A stretch of 64,000 nt of DNA. Source: Vicugna vicugna (Eukaryota). The DNA lies in NCBI GenBank assembly GCA_013265495.1, contig MU058781.1:6352522-6416521 (forward strand), in the 5' to 3' direction. Positions 12,191 through 25,190 of the stretch are shown here, piece after piece; positions within the stretch are counted from its first letter, which is position 1; each line of letters begins with the position of its first letter. A program made the position numbers and the translations under genes. The notes beneath the pieces are model-generated. The model saw only the letters and a list, made by a program, of their open reading frames with translations, made no database searches and had not been told where the DNA came from.

Positions 12191-12940
12191 TGATGTCTTA
12201 AAACTTCCATTTTTCTCTGCTGCTACTCCTCCTACTGCACACACCTCTTACACCATATGTGTGGGTTTTCCACCCCAAGCAATTCTAACATTAAGTGCCT
12301 TGTGTTAACACAGACCCCACAGGTTACAGGCTCAATTAAATACTTTCCCCTACTTCAAATGTCAGTTGCAAGTCCAGGCCTTCAGTACTTCTGACTTTAA
12401 ATCAGGGGACCTAAGACCCTCTCCTAAGGTTTAATAATTTTCTAGAACAGCTCATAGAACTCAGGAAAGCAGTTTGCTTACTACTACTGGTTTATTACGA
12501 AGGATACAACTCAGGAACAGGCAGATAGAAGAGATGAGTAGGGCAAGATATGGAGAAGGGCTGCGGGGCTCCCACGATCTCTCTGGGTGCATCACCTTTC
12601 CAGCCCCTTGATGAGCTCACCAACCCAGAAATTCTCTGGACCACATGAGGTAGGATCTTTTATGGAAGCTTTATTATGTAGGAGTGATTGATTAAATCAC
12701 TGGATCATAAGGATCAACTCCATCCCCTCTCCTCTCCCTGGAGGTCAGAAGGTGTACTGAAAGTTCCAACCCTAATCACCTGGTTGGTTTCCCTGGCAGC
12801 CAGCCCACATCCTCACAGGCTTTCCTTAAGTCACCTTATTAACGTAAACCCAGGTGCGGTTGACCTCAGCTTGTTATAAATCACAAAAGACATTCCATCT
12901 CCCTTTATTTCTTGGAGCTTATTTCAGGAATTTCTAATGC
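12191..12940. mobile_element. MER21-like LTR (ERVL class)
   Basis: CAGACCCCACAGGTT, CTAGAACAGCTCATAGAACTCAGGAAA, AAGGATACAACTCAGGAACAG and CTGAAAGTTCCAACCCTAATCAC match my recall of MER21 consensus blocks. Confidence 0.7.
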
Positions 12941-13924
12941 TCTAGACGAAGTGGAAAAGCATCAGATGGACAATTTTTAAGACCAATTATGGGGTTCTAA
13001 AAATGTATACTTTTATGACATGAATTAACAATTGACTTTGTGATTTTTAATGTTTAAAAACAAGATGTGATATATCAAACAAGTATTCTTATTCATTTGA
13101 TCAATTCTATCAAGAATGACAGATAGAGTCTTATGATAGGCACAGGAAGTATAAGTTCCAGGGGTTTCTGCCTCATTGAATATGGTGCATAATTCTTTAT
13201 TAAGGGTACCTCCTTAAATTCCAAATCTGAAAGAGATGATGGACATTGAGTCTAGAACAGCCTGCAGCAGGTAGAATCCTTTGGGCTCAAGCTTAATCTC
13301 ACCCCAGTGAGGGTGAGTGGAGCGCCTTTGACCTCCTTCACCCTCTGTCCCAATCACAGTCACACCAGGGCACCCAGCATCAAGGACAGCTGCTAATCTT
13401 TTGAGATACTGGTAGTGGTGGTGCAGCAATGGCTCTACCTTACTTATACACTCTGACAGTAGTTTTGGGTGACATTTAGGAAACAGAATCCCTCACTCAT
13501 AGGCAATGAGGACCAGAGCCGTAGATAAATTTTCTGTCAGCAGAGGAATGTACTTTGTACTATGGCTACCGACTTTACTGACTCTAATGTGAGTTTTCCT
13601 GCCAAAAGACTTTCATGTTACCCTTACAGAAAACTACTGTGCCATGAATTTATTTTTTAACCATCCTCCCATGAAAAAAATCAAAATTACTATCCCAGTA
13701 TTTTCATGGCTTAATTTTTGTAGACCATAAAATTGCTACTGTCTGCAATAGTTTTGATTTTGGTGTTGGTGGGCATGCTGTTGTCAAGTTACGGGAAAAA
13801 ATAAACCTTCAAAGGAAAAAAAAAAACAAATAGACCCATTTTGGAGACTCCTATTGTGTATGGGAGAAGAAGAATTTGTTTCCTTGTGTGTAATGCTGTC
13901 GTTATAAAAACTGATGGAAGTGGG

Positions 13925-14120
13925 TAGAAGCATGCTAGCAGTTGATTAACTGGTCTCTGTGAAGAAAAAAAAAACACCGATTTATAGCATGCCAGTTTCT
14001 ATGGTGTACATGCTCCCACCATGATTGATTTCAAGCTACGAGTATTGACCCCAGTGAACTTGGAATTGAGAAGAGATAGGCTAATAGGCTCTGAGGAGTT
14101 AAGCAAACCTCTTGAACTGG
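13925..14120 (+). mobile_element. MER63A-like hAT element
   Basis: TGGTGTACATGCTCCCACCATGATTGATTTCAAGCTAC...GAAGAGAT resembles the MER63A core. Confidence 0.65.
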
Positions 14121-14609
14121 AAATAGGGGAACAAATTTAGTTGGGTATTTGGAGTAAAAAAAATGCCTGTAACATTTGACACCTTTAGTGAATCTCTCAT
14201 TGTGAAAGATTTTACAGAGGTATTTAAGGCTGGTTTCGGCCTGGCACATTGAAATAAAGCTGTATTTGTTTCTTTTTCCTGTCCTTTTGCCAACTATTTT
14301 GATCAGCTGTCTAAATTTGCTTTCTTACTGAAAAGAATTTTAAGAATAAGAATTGCAGTTATTCCAACATTTATCTTGAGGTCCTTCCCAACATTGTGAA
14401 GTTTAATCTTTATTTTTATATCAGAGAAGAAACTTTGATAACAATGAACTATGTGGTTGTAAGAAGAAACATAATTATCTATGTGTAGAGTGATTCATAT
14501 ACCAGGGATACCCCTTCTTCCATAAAATATATACATAGTTTGATCCCATTCAATATAATGAAATCTATTATTATTTCAGATTGATATTCTTTTGTGGAAA
14601 AGAAGAGAG

Positions 14610-15015
14610 TGTCAGAAATTCTTGGCTGAATATGCTAGTACACATTCCCAGCCCCTCTCCCTTGCTTCCCTGAAAAGGGACTGGAAAATTAAATGAACAC
14701 TTACCCAGATTTCCTTGTAGCTAAACTGGAAAATTCCATGTTTAACAGGTCTGTCTAACAGGCTGTAACTTGAAGCCTACTAAGCGCTTATGGGAGAAAA
14801 GGAGCAGACACAACTTTCCTCTTTCCTCTCCCTCGCTTCTTTGAGTTGAATGTAGATTTAATATCTATATCAGTGGCAGGCTAAATTATGAGGCAACTGC
14901 CATCATAACGATGGCAAACTGGCAAGGGAAAGAGATTAGATGTATCCTGACAATGTGGTCGAATGATTGAGAGGAGTTGGAGTGTATATGTCTAGATGTC
15001 TTGTTATAAGAGAAA
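14610..15015. mobile_element. Old ERVL-type LTR fragment (LTR33/LTR16-like)
   Basis: CTGGAAAATT...CACTTACCCAGATTTCCTTGTAGCTA block; highly diverged. Confidence 0.45.
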
Positions 15016-15024
15016 ACACTTCTT

Positions 15025-16810
15025 TTTATAACTTCATTGAAGTGTAATTTATATGCCATGTAATTCACCTATCATAATTATACAATTCAAAGGGTTTTAG
15101 GAAACTAGTAGAGTTGTGTAGCCATAACAATCCACTACCCCACCCCACCCAAGCTCATTTTCAATCATTCCCCATTCCCGGCACTGGCCCTAGGCAAACA
15201 CTGATCAGCTTTCTGACTATACCTTAACCTTTTCTGGACATTTCATATAAACTGCAATATGTAGTCTTTTGCATCTGGGTTCTTTCATTTACAATAATGC
15301 TTTTGAAGTTTATCCATGCTGTAGCATGTACCAGTATTTTTACTCTTTTTAAATGCCAAATAGTATTCTATTTGTTTATCCATCTGCCTGTTGGTTGATA
15401 ATTGGGTTGTTTTCAGATTGTGGTTTACAAATATTGTGCTGATAAGAATATGTAAGTCTTTTTGTGAACCTGTGTTTTCATTTCTGTTGGCTAGATTCCT
15501 AGGAGTACAATATGGGAGTCAGATGCTAAGTTATGTCTAACTTTTAGAGATATTGCCGAGCTGTTTTCTGAAGTGGCTGTGTCATTTTACATTCCTACTT
15601 GCAGTGTATGAGAGTTCCAGTCTCTCCATATCCTTACCAATACTTGATATTGTTGTCTTTTTGATCATAAACATTCTTAGTAGTTGTATAAGGTGTATAT
15701 AAGGTGGTATCTTACTATGACTTTAATTTTCATTCCTCTAATGACTAATGATGTTGAGCACTTTCCCATGTGCTTATTAGCCATCCATATGTCTTCTTTG
15801 GGAAAATGTCTACTCAAGTCTTTTGTCCATTTTTAATTGAGTTGTTTGTCATTTTATTTTTCAATTATAAGAGTTCTTTATAGATTCTAGATGCATGTAC
15901 CTTATCAGATATATGATCTGCAAATATTTTTTTAAATCTGTGGCTTGTCTTTTCACTTTCTTAATCTCATTTTTTGTAGCACATGTTTTTAATTTTAATG
16001 AAGTCCAACTCATCAATTTTTAAAAATATTTTATGCTCACGTCTGAATTCTTGCTAACCCAACGGCATGAAAATTTACTCCTATCTGTTTTTTATAGAGG
16101 TTTAACCATTTAAATTGTTTTAGGACTCAGATACCTTTGGAGCTAATTTTGAGTGTAGTGTGAAGTAAGATTCTATGTTGGTTATATTATTTATTCCATA
16201 TATTTCCTTTTTTGCATCTGGATATCCAATGGCCTGTTTATTGAAAAGACTATCCTTTCTCTATTTAATTGTCTTGGCTTCTTTGTTGAAAATCAGTTTA
16301 CCATACATGTAAGGATTTATTTCTGGACTCTCAGTTCTATTCTTTTGATCTATAACAGGGATGGCAAAGTACAGTCTGTGGGCCAAATCCAGCCCACTAC
16401 CTTTTTTGTTGTTGTTAAGAAAGCTTTATTGAACACAGCCATCTAATGTGTTTACATCTTGTTTGAGCTACTTTTGCACTATGATGGCAGAGTGCCATTG
16501 TTTGCAACAGAAACCAAAAAGTCTCAAATATTTACTATATGACACTTTATAAAAATTATTTGCTAACCCTTGATCTATATGCTTATCCATATGTTAATAC
16601 CATGTTCTTGACCATTGTATCTTTACAGTAAGTCATGAAATCAGGTAGTGCAAATCCTCCAACTTTGTTTTTCTTAATCAAAATTGTTTTGGCTATACTA
16701 GGCACATTGAATCTCCATATAAATTTTAGGATCAGCTCATCAGTTTCTGAAAAGTAGCATGCTCGGATTTTGGTAAGCATTGTGTTAAATCCATAGATCA
16801 AAGGATAAAT
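15025..16810 (-). mobile_element. Old L1M (ORF2 end + 3' UTR), interrupted by MER58A
   Basis: Typical antisense L1 text (ATGACTAATGATGTTGAGCAC, TTGAAAAGACTATCCTTTC). ORF 16583-16837(-) contains ILKFIW...IAKTIL.KKNKVGG..LPDF. Confidence 0.85.
16356..16572 (+). mobile_element. MER58A-like hAT-Charlie MITE
   Basis: Termini CAGGGATGGCAAA...TTTGCTAACCCTTG, internal GGGCCAAATCCAGCCC and TTTATTGAACACAGCC; 8-bp TSD ATCTATAA (16348-16355) / ATCTATAT (16573-16580). Confidence 0.85.
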
Positions 16811-17344
16811 GAGAAACAAATAATAGTTACTATGCACTGAAGATTTTGGAACTGAGAAAATAGGGGCCAGGGATAAGAAAGAGACTTTCCACTGTATGCT
16901 TTTTTATTATTTAGACATTTATATGCTTATTAAAAATTAAATTAAAATGTTTTAATTGAGGCCAAATGTTATAAATTGGAAATGAGTGGCAATGACATTA
17001 AGCACTGAATACTGCCAGAAGCCTTCCTTTTATTGTGTGATGAAAATTTCATTGAATGTAACCATTAATTTTTTCAGAAGCCTAACTTTTTGATTAAAAA
17101 AGAAAAAAAATCAAAAACGAACAATGATTGTGAATTAAACAGTCTAAGATCTCTGAGGGCGGACAAATGGACCCCAGACATCAAGCAAGTAGTGAGATAA
17201 CCATTTCTTATCAACCCTCAGTCCCTCTCTTCTTTAAGGGCCTCCATAATTATTATGCTGAGATGTAGCTAAGTATTGTATAATGTGATTTCAGGGGTGC
17301 AGAAGTTCTGTTATTACAATTTTAGGAAGTGTAGAACTCTAAAG

Positions 17345-17644
17345 TTTGTTCTATATAGCCCAAGACACATGTGTCTGCTGAGCATTTGAAATGTGGCTAG
17401 TACAAATTGAGCTGTGCTGTACATGTAAAATACATACTACATTTCAAAGATTTAGTGCAAATAATAATCTCAATTTTTTTCACAAAAAATTAATTTGATT
17501 ATATGTTAAAATAATATTTAGGATATATTGGATTAAATAAGTTTTCTAAAACTAAGTTTACCTTTTTTATTATTTAAAGTGTGATTACTAAAAAAATTAA
17601 AATTGCATATGTCTCTCAACTTAAATTTCTATTGGATAGTGCTG
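17345..17644 (-). mobile_element. MER33-like hAT-Charlie element
   Basis: TGAGCATTTGAAATGTGGCTAG and terminal TTTCTATTGGATAGTGCTG; flanked by the 8-bp repeat CTCTAAAG (17337-17344, 17645-17652). Confidence 0.78.
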
Positions 17645-18009
17645 CTCTAAAGGCACACTTCTCCTGCTCCTCCAGTTTGTAGGACTGCTGACGACACAAC
17701 TTGACGTACCTATGCCAGCTTTATTCCTTTTAAAGAGAAAGTTAAATTTCAAAATATCAAGAGCTAAAAAACTCCCAGAATGAGAAAATTACATATCTAT
17801 CACTACAAGTGAACAGATCCATTAAAGTGTCATGTAATTACATTGTTTCACAAGTTTGAAATCATCTCCAGAAATTTCTTTAAAGTATAAGTAGTTTCTC
17901 CAAATAGTTCATTCTAGTTTTTTTTTAATTACCAATTCACTTTATGCCTCTCTAAAATATCTTAAGTTACATAAAATGAGAATGATGGACTTCCATCATC
18001 TTTAGTGTA

Positions 18010-18578
18010 CTTCTTTTATTAAATATACTTCTGAATATTTTATTGGTTTTGATTCTATTATAAACAGAATTGTTTCCTAAATTTTGTTTTCTGATTTTCC
18101 ATTGCTAGAAATAAAATAGATTTTTTTTGCATGTTAATACTATATCCTTCAAGCTTGCTGAACTCATTTATTAGCTCTAATCATTTTTATGTGTATATCT
18201 TAGGATTTTTTTATTTGCCTTACTGCTCTGATGATAACCTCCACTATAATGTTGAAGAGAAATGACGAGAGCAGACATCTTCATCTCTTTCTGATTTTAG
18301 AAAGAAAGCTTTCAGTCTTTCACCATTATGATGCTAGCTGTGGTTTCTTCTAGATGCCCTTTACCAAGTTGAGAAAGTTTCCTTCTATTCTGAGTTTGTT
18401 GTGTGTTTTTTCATAAGGGGAGTTGGATTTAGTCAAATGCTTTTTATATATCTTTGGAGAGAGTTATATGCTTTTTACCCTTTGTTCCATTTATTTGGTG
18501 TATTACTTTGATTTTCTTACATTGAACCAACTTTGCTTTCCTGGGATAAATCACCCAAGGTTATATGTGTGTTGGATA

Positions 18579-18614
<36 letters not shown>

Positions 18615-18835
18615 AGGATTTTTGTATCTATATTCACAAGGGATATTGTTCTGTAGTTTTCTTGTTTGGGGGATGTCTTTGTTTGCTGTTTGTGTTAGGG
18701 TAATACCAACTTCATAGGGTGAGTTGAGAAGTGTTCTCTCCCCACCCTGTTTTCTGAAAGAGTTCGTGAAGAATTTGTACAATTTGTATTTTGTTGATCT
18801 GTGCTTAAAATATTTGATAAAAGTAATCATTGAAG
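18010..18835 (-). mobile_element. Old L1 ORF2 (RT-region) fragment
   Basis: ORF 18561-18830(-) has TLLNSPYEVGITL...KD, resembling L1 ORF2 LPNSFYEASITLIPKP; antisense L1 text (AAAGCTTTCAGTCTTTCACCATT). Confidence 0.78.
18582..18610. repeat. Poly(T) run (29 nt)
   Basis: Uninterrupted T run inside the old L1 fragment. Confidence 0.9.
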
Positions 18836-19849
18836 TCGCCAGATATTGAACTTAATTTTCAGAGTTCTGAAAATTTTTATTCTGAAAAGTTTTCCAGTGT
18901 TCACATTGCTTTTATGGAGGAGAGGACTTTGGGAGGTCCTACTCCACCATTGCCACTGATACTCATTTAATTTTTTATTGTACTATGGAGTCAGTTAACC
19001 AATGACAAGTGTTTCAATTAGAAACCCACATTTCACATATTAGCTCTAGATTTACTCAAGTTCCTAAAAATATCATCCAGACCTCCTCAGTACTAGGATG
19101 ACAAGTGGACATCCCCTAGATAATGGAGGATTTCTCAAATGGAAATTTCTTCCTAGATTTAATTTCTTTACTCTTAAAGTGTGATGGCTCTTTGCTAAAT
19201 TTATTACTTTTGTTACTTTTCATTTGAAAGCAAATTTAAAAACACTTTTAAAACTATAAAACACTAAAAATATGAGATGATATTAATATCACCATTTATT
19301 ATGTGATAGTCATGTCACCACATTATAGTTACATAGCCTTTGTTGTTTTAAGAAAAAATAGAAGAACTTCAGAAGAACTTTCATAATCTGATTATCAATT
19401 TAGGGTTACCAGTCAGTGATCCAATCCATGTTTATTGACAATAAGATAAAGCACAGATGTACATTAGAATTTAAATATTCCTGAGTGACAGCATCCATAT
19501 ACATTCACTTAATTTAGGTATCTATATTTCTTCCATTTGTTTGACCTCAGCACTCTGAGTTTTAGTCTTCAACACTTTGGCTTCCATTGCTGTGAGTCTT
19601 CTTCCTGAATAAGACATGAATGGACCAAGTCTCTGAGCTTACTCTCAGTGGGAAAAAAGTGTCGCAATTCTGGAGAGGAGTTCTGATTCTGAGCTAAGAT
19701 ATCACTGCCTTTTACCTCTCAATTTACCATTCTTTTTTCCTCTTTTCCAAGTTCTTTTTACCACGGTCATCATGTTTGGACAATTCACTAGCCCTGACTT
19801 CCTATAGGTTGAATTCTACCACCTGCTCATCTCACCTTTGACGGTGAAT

Positions 19850-20570
19850 AATTAAAAGTGACCTATTAATTAACAGATCACAGGACTTTTTTTCCATTCC
19901 GTCCTCCTCCTCCTTGATTTTCACTAGAAGCATTTTCTTGTGAAGCAGTGTGCTCTTTTATCCTTCATTGGGTTGGTTCAGTCTTAGGAATGCTTGTGGA
20001 ACTTTCTCATTCTGAGAGTTGCTCTAAGATACTGTGGACCACTTCTCTCTCCCTTGAAATTACCTCTTTCTTTGGTTTCTATAATGCTGCTCTCTCCTGG
20101 TTCTTTTTTGTTGTACCTTTGTGTATACTTTTTCTCTTTGACCTTCCAAACCTGAATGAAGGACTTCCCGAGGTTCAGTCCTCAATTATTTACCTTTTCT
20201 CCCTTTATGCTTGAAGAGATCACTGATCCTGGAAATCCACACTTCAGAGATCTTATATGGTGTTATGTTAATTATCAGTTCTTAAGCAATAGCTAAGGAA
20301 CCTCTATTTCTGTCCTAGAACCCTCTCCTAAGCTCAGATGCACACGAACTGCCTGTGAGACATGTCCGCTTGTCTGACCGCAGCTTCACTTATCACAAAT
20401 TCAGCAGATCTAAAAGTCAGCTCATCATCTCAACTTCTCCTCCACTAATCCCACCTCACCCCAAAGACTTCCCTTTAGCATTTCTATTTCTGTTGTTAGT
20501 GTCACAGTTTTCTCAATTCTTCAGATTTCAGAACTGGAAAGAAATTGTTGTTGTTATTTTTAATGTCTCT
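19850..20570. mobile_element. L2 LINE relic
   Basis: Pyrimidine-rich L2-like blocks (CTCTCTCCTGGTTCTT, CCCTCTCCTAAGCTCAGA, CACAAATTCAGCAGATCTAAAA). Similar relic at ~31200-31690. Confidence 0.55.
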
Positions 20571-20984
20571 TGCCATTTGCCCTCTGTACATAGTCATTTA
20601 GCTTTATTGATTCTTTCAGAGTTTATTTCTTTGTTCACCTTTTTTGGTGGATGATTGGCACTAGCTGTTAAAAATTTTAGTGTGCATATTCTTGAACTCA
20701 AGAACTATATTTAAAAGATTTTATCATGCAGCTTTACTTGAACACCTGGGAAAAGACTTACACATATAGGCATGTTTATTTCAACATTGTTGAAATAGAA
20801 AAAATTTGGAAACAAACTAAATGTCTACCACTCAGTGACTGGTCCTACGTGTACCAATATGATAAGATATCTTTTCTGTACATGAAAAAAGCAGGTGGCA
20901 AGATTAAATTTATACTATTATTTTATAAAACAAAAAAGGATACACATATACTTATATATGCATAGTTATTTTTTGTAACTTATT

Positions 20985-21750
20985 TTCCCCATTAAAAAAA
21001 TTAGAGTATAATTTACATACCACAAAATTCACCCTTCTTAGTGTATAGTACTGAGTGTTTTGACAAATGCATACAATTGTGCAGTCACTTCACAATCAAA
21101 GTATAGGACAGTTCTGACACTCAAAGAAACCCTCCCTCTGCCACTTTGTAGTCTACCCCAACCCTCACCCTCAATCCCTGACATTCATTGATGTGTTTTT
21201 GCCCCATATAGTTTGACCTTTACAGAATGTTATAAAAATGGAATTATATAGTATACAGTCTTTTGAATCTGACTTCAAGCTAGTGTAGCATATTTAGATT
21301 TATCCCTTTTTGTTAAGTTTGTCAGTCATTTTTTCCTTTCATTGATCTGTAGTATCTCATTTCAGAGATAGATTACAGTTTGTGTATTCATTCTACAGTT
21401 AGAGAACATTTGGGTTGTTTCCAGATTTGGTCAATGATGAGTAAAGCTTGTATAAACATTCACACATAGGTTTTTGTGAGAACATAAGTGTTTGTTTCAC
21501 TTGGGTGAACAGTACTGATGGGTCGGACATACTAAGTGTGTGTGTTTAAGTGTGTAAGAAGTTACCACACTTTTTTCTAAAGTGGCTGTGCCGTTTTGCT
21601 TTCCCGTGGCCAGTTGATGGGGGTTCTAGTTGCTCTACATCTTTGCCAGGACTTAGTATTGTCAGTTTTTTATTTTTATTATTTTAGCCCTTTAAAAGAG
21701 TAATATTTCACTGTGGTTTTGATTTACATTTTCTTACTGGCTGATATTGA
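20985..21750 (-). mobile_element. Old L1M 3' region
   Basis: Reverse-complement L1M 3' terminus (GTATAATTTACATACCACAAAATTCACCC) and ORF2-end remnants (AAGTGGCTGTGCCGTTTTGCTTTCCC). Confidence 0.75.
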
Positions 21751-22429
21751 AAATCTTGACCTGTGTTTGTTTATGTGTAGGAACTTTTGAGAAATACACA
21801 CACACACTCACATCCACACTTGATGATTGTGTACAGTGCCACGTGGGAAGGATTTGTAGTAGCTGGAGGTGGGAAAGGACTTTCACATTTCACATTTTAC
21901 CCATTGTGTACTATTTAAATTTTGTCAAGAGTATATTTGTTTGGGCTCATGCAGGCACCTCTTGCCTAGAGCAGCGTACCTATTAAACTTGCCTAAAGTC
22001 TTTTTGAAAATGTATATTTGTTTGAACTTTTTAACAAATTAATTTAAAGTTTTTTCTCTCCTTTATATAAAACCATCTCTTTGCTTTATTAATCCTCTAA
22101 TAGGGCTCCACATGTAAAATACACAGATAATAGATTATCCAAAAAACTACAGTGTAATCCCAGGACATAAAGGGAAGTTATGCCCATATCTGTTTAAAAA
22201 AAAATCTCTCTCTGCCATCTCTTCTTTTTAATTCCCCTAGTTCAGACCTCACCATAGCATAAAAATTGATGTTCATTTTGTACAATTTTAAAAAAGATTA
22301 TTTTGATGACTTTAATAAGAAAATAAGAAATCAGTGTCATATGCTCAAAACATACCTGTCAAGTGAAGAAATAAAGTTTAGAAGGGAAGTGATGTGGAAT
22401 TTTTATTTCAAAGTTGAGTCTTCACCACA

Positions 22430-23168
22430 GTGAGTTACCACTACACACCTCCTAGAATATCTAAGATTGAAAAGACTTAACATACCAAGTGCTGGTGAGG
22501 ATATGGAACAACTGGAACTCTCATTTGCATGTACATGGGAACGTAAAAGTTAACAGCCAATTTGGAAAATATCTTGGTAGTTTCATAATACCTATCCCGT
22601 ATAACCCAGGCACTCTACTCCTAGGTATTTACTTGAGATAAAGGGAAACACATGTTCATGCAAAGGCTTATATTGTAGATGTTCATAGCAGCTTTATTCT
22701 TAATGACCTCAAACTGGAAACAAGCCATTAGTCTAAGCCAACATGTGAATGGATAAACAAATTGAAGAATATCAATAAAATGGGACACTACTGAACAATA
22801 AACAGAGATGAACATGAGTGAATCTCCAAATAATTATGCTGAGTGAAAAAAGACCGACCAGGAATACATGTATTCCACAATGTGTGGTTCCACTTACATA
22901 AAATTCTAAACATTGCAGATGAGTCAACAATGACAGCAGATCAGTGGGTGTCTAGGAATGGGAGAAGGGGCGTGGATGGGCAAGAAAGTGGGATTACAAA
23001 GAAGTCACAGGAAGCTCTTGGAGGTGACAGATATGTTCATTATCTTAATAGTGGTGGTGGTTCTGTAGATATTTATACAGATGTCAAAACTTATCAAATT
23101 ATCTAGTTTACGTATGTGTAATTTAATTCAATCATCCATCAATAAAAGCTGTTAAACTTAAAAAAAAA
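22430..23168 (+). mobile_element. Old L1M (L1MB/L1MC-type) 3' region
   Basis: Degenerate ORF2 end (ACCAAGTGCTGGTGAGGATATGGAACAACTGGAACTCTCA; CTAGGTATTTAC) and a 3' UTR ending AATAAAAGCTGTTAAA. Confidence 0.8.
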
Positions 23169-23174
23169 TGGAAG

Positions 23175-23650
23175 AAGGCCTTTTGCAGCAACATGGATGG
23201 ATTTAGAGATTATGATTCTAGGTGAAGTAAATCAGACAGAGAAAGGTGAATATCATATTATATCACTTATATGTGGAATCTAAAAAAAAGTGATACGAAC
23301 GAACTTATTTACAAACAGTAACAGACCCACAGACATAGAAAACTAACTTATGGTTACCAAAGTGGAAAGGTGGGGGGAGGATAAATTAGGAGTTTGGGAT
23401 TAACAGATACACAGTACTATATACAAAACAGATAAACAACAAAGTCCTACTGGATAGCACAGGAAACTATATTTAATATCTTGCAATAACGTATAATGGA
23501 AAGGAATCTGGAAAAGAATGTGTATATATATATGTGTGTGTGTGTGTGTGTATACACACATATATGTATACGTGACTGAATCACTATGCTGTACACCTGA
23601 AACTAACACAACATTGTAAATCAACTATACTTCTATAAAAATAAATAAAT
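23175..23650 (+). mobile_element. LINE-1 3' end inserted at the tail of an older L1
   Basis: TTTGCAGCAACATGGATGG...TGTGGAATCTAAAA (ORF2 end), then a 3' UTR ending TCAACTATACTTCTATAAAAATAAATAAA. Confidence 0.88.
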
Positions 23651-23904
23651 GTTTGGAAGCCACTAAACAGAGTTGAATCCTCACAATATCTGAAAAGTGT
23701 TTGACTTTCCTATCACATGAATATATTACATAAATAAGATGTCGTGCTGTTAAATTTAAATGGTAGGCTTGTGGTTTTTAAAACTTAGAGGCCTTAGATG
23801 ATGGTGATGAGGATGAGGAAAGAGTGTCAGGGATGGGTTGTTTAAGTGGTAAGAACCCTTTTCTTCTCTCAACTCTTTTTCTCCTATATCCTATTGGACA
23901 GCCA

Positions 23905-24050
23905 AATGTTATCCTGTCCAAAACAGTAGTTCACGTGGCTGTTGAGCCCTTTTACTGTGTCTAGTGAGGAGCTGAACTGTCCACATTAATTAATTAAAAT
24001 TATAATAGCCACCTGTGTCTAGTGGCTACCATATTGGACAGAACAACTCT
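23905..24050 (+). mobile_element. MER3-like hAT-Charlie MITE
   Basis: AATAGCCACCTGTGTCTAGTGGCTACCATATTGGACAG terminal block. Confidence 0.7.
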
Positions 24051-24259
24051 AGAACACTTGTTGCTAGAAATCGGTTTCATCTTCATTCTTTCCCTGTCTG
24101 ATTGCTATTTTAATTTTTCAACCCTCAGCAAAGGGTGACTGATAAAGATGAATCCTGGCAGTGGTGGTGGAGACTTCTGCTCTGGGAGAGGGAGTGAGTG
24201 GGGAGGGGGAGGGAAGCACATCTGAACTTTCCTGATCACACTTAGATGAACACCTCCAT

Positions 24260-25190
24260 CGTTAAAGAAAGTTCTTTTGGACAGCACTGCTCTCTAGAGG
24301 GTTGCTGAAGGTGTCTGAACATGACAGGTTTGAACTAACATGCAAAATGAAATTTGCTGTCTGCTTACTTCCAAAGCCAGGAACTGGAAGAGTTACCACA
24401 CTGTGCTGGCTGCCTGTCATAAAATGCACAGAGCAAATGCTACAATGAATCAGCCATCATGAGGCGGGCTCAGAATACAGCCTGGTCATCATTGCTCTGG
24501 ACACCACGGCATGATGAGATCTGGGACTTTAGCACCAGGGCTGGATTTTATGTGGCTAGTTGAGAAACTATCTACAGAATATACTCGTACATAATGAATA
24601 AGCTTCCCTCACTGATAAATGCCAATTTTCCAGTGGACCATGGAAAATTGGCTATTTTTGGCCACTCAGTGGGAGGCCATGGAGCTCTTACTTGTGCTTT
24701 GAAGAACCCTGGAAAAAGCAAATCTGTGTCAGCATTTACTCCATTTTGCAACCAGTTCTCTGTCTTTGGATGGGTGGGAGGGCAAACATCTCTCCATGAT
24801 TTGAAATCCGATCAAAATGAATGACAAGCTTATGCTGCTGCTGTTCTTAGTAAGTTTTATTCAGGTTCTGGTTAGACATGATCTGGGAGAGGTTGAGCAA
24901 ACATTTCAGACAGACAGCTACTTCCTGGCATCAGTTGTTTTTAGATTACAAGCAGGTGATGATTATAGGTACTTTTCTTTGCAATCTTTTTTAATGACCA
25001 CATCAGACTTCATGCAGAATTCCTGAATACAGGAAACATCAGGCACTAGACTCTTTTCTGAGTTACAGAAGTTAGAATAAAGAAAAATACAGTTACTAGA
25101 TTTTAAAATACTCGTTTTCATGATACTGAAATAGTTTTTGTATTTGAAACATCTAAATAAATGTACATAACAAGAAAACGTGTAACACAA
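24260..25190 (+). pseudogene. ESD: Processed pseudogene of esterase D / S-formylglutathione hydrolase
   Basis: Intronless, collinear ESD remnants: EHD..EL.CKMKFAV (~24316-24360), WDF...AGFYV (~24522-24555), [11 protein letters not shown]....[27 protein letters not shown] (ORF 24594-24824), VVFRLQAG.D (~24934-24963), DHIR.HA..LN (~24995-25028). Frameshifts and internal deletions; AATAAA near 25156. Confidence 0.93.

Noticed and set aside
24594..24824. ESD-like ORF as a functional gene
   Set aside because: Only a fragment between frameshifts and deletions; catalytic His region altered; no introns or promoter.
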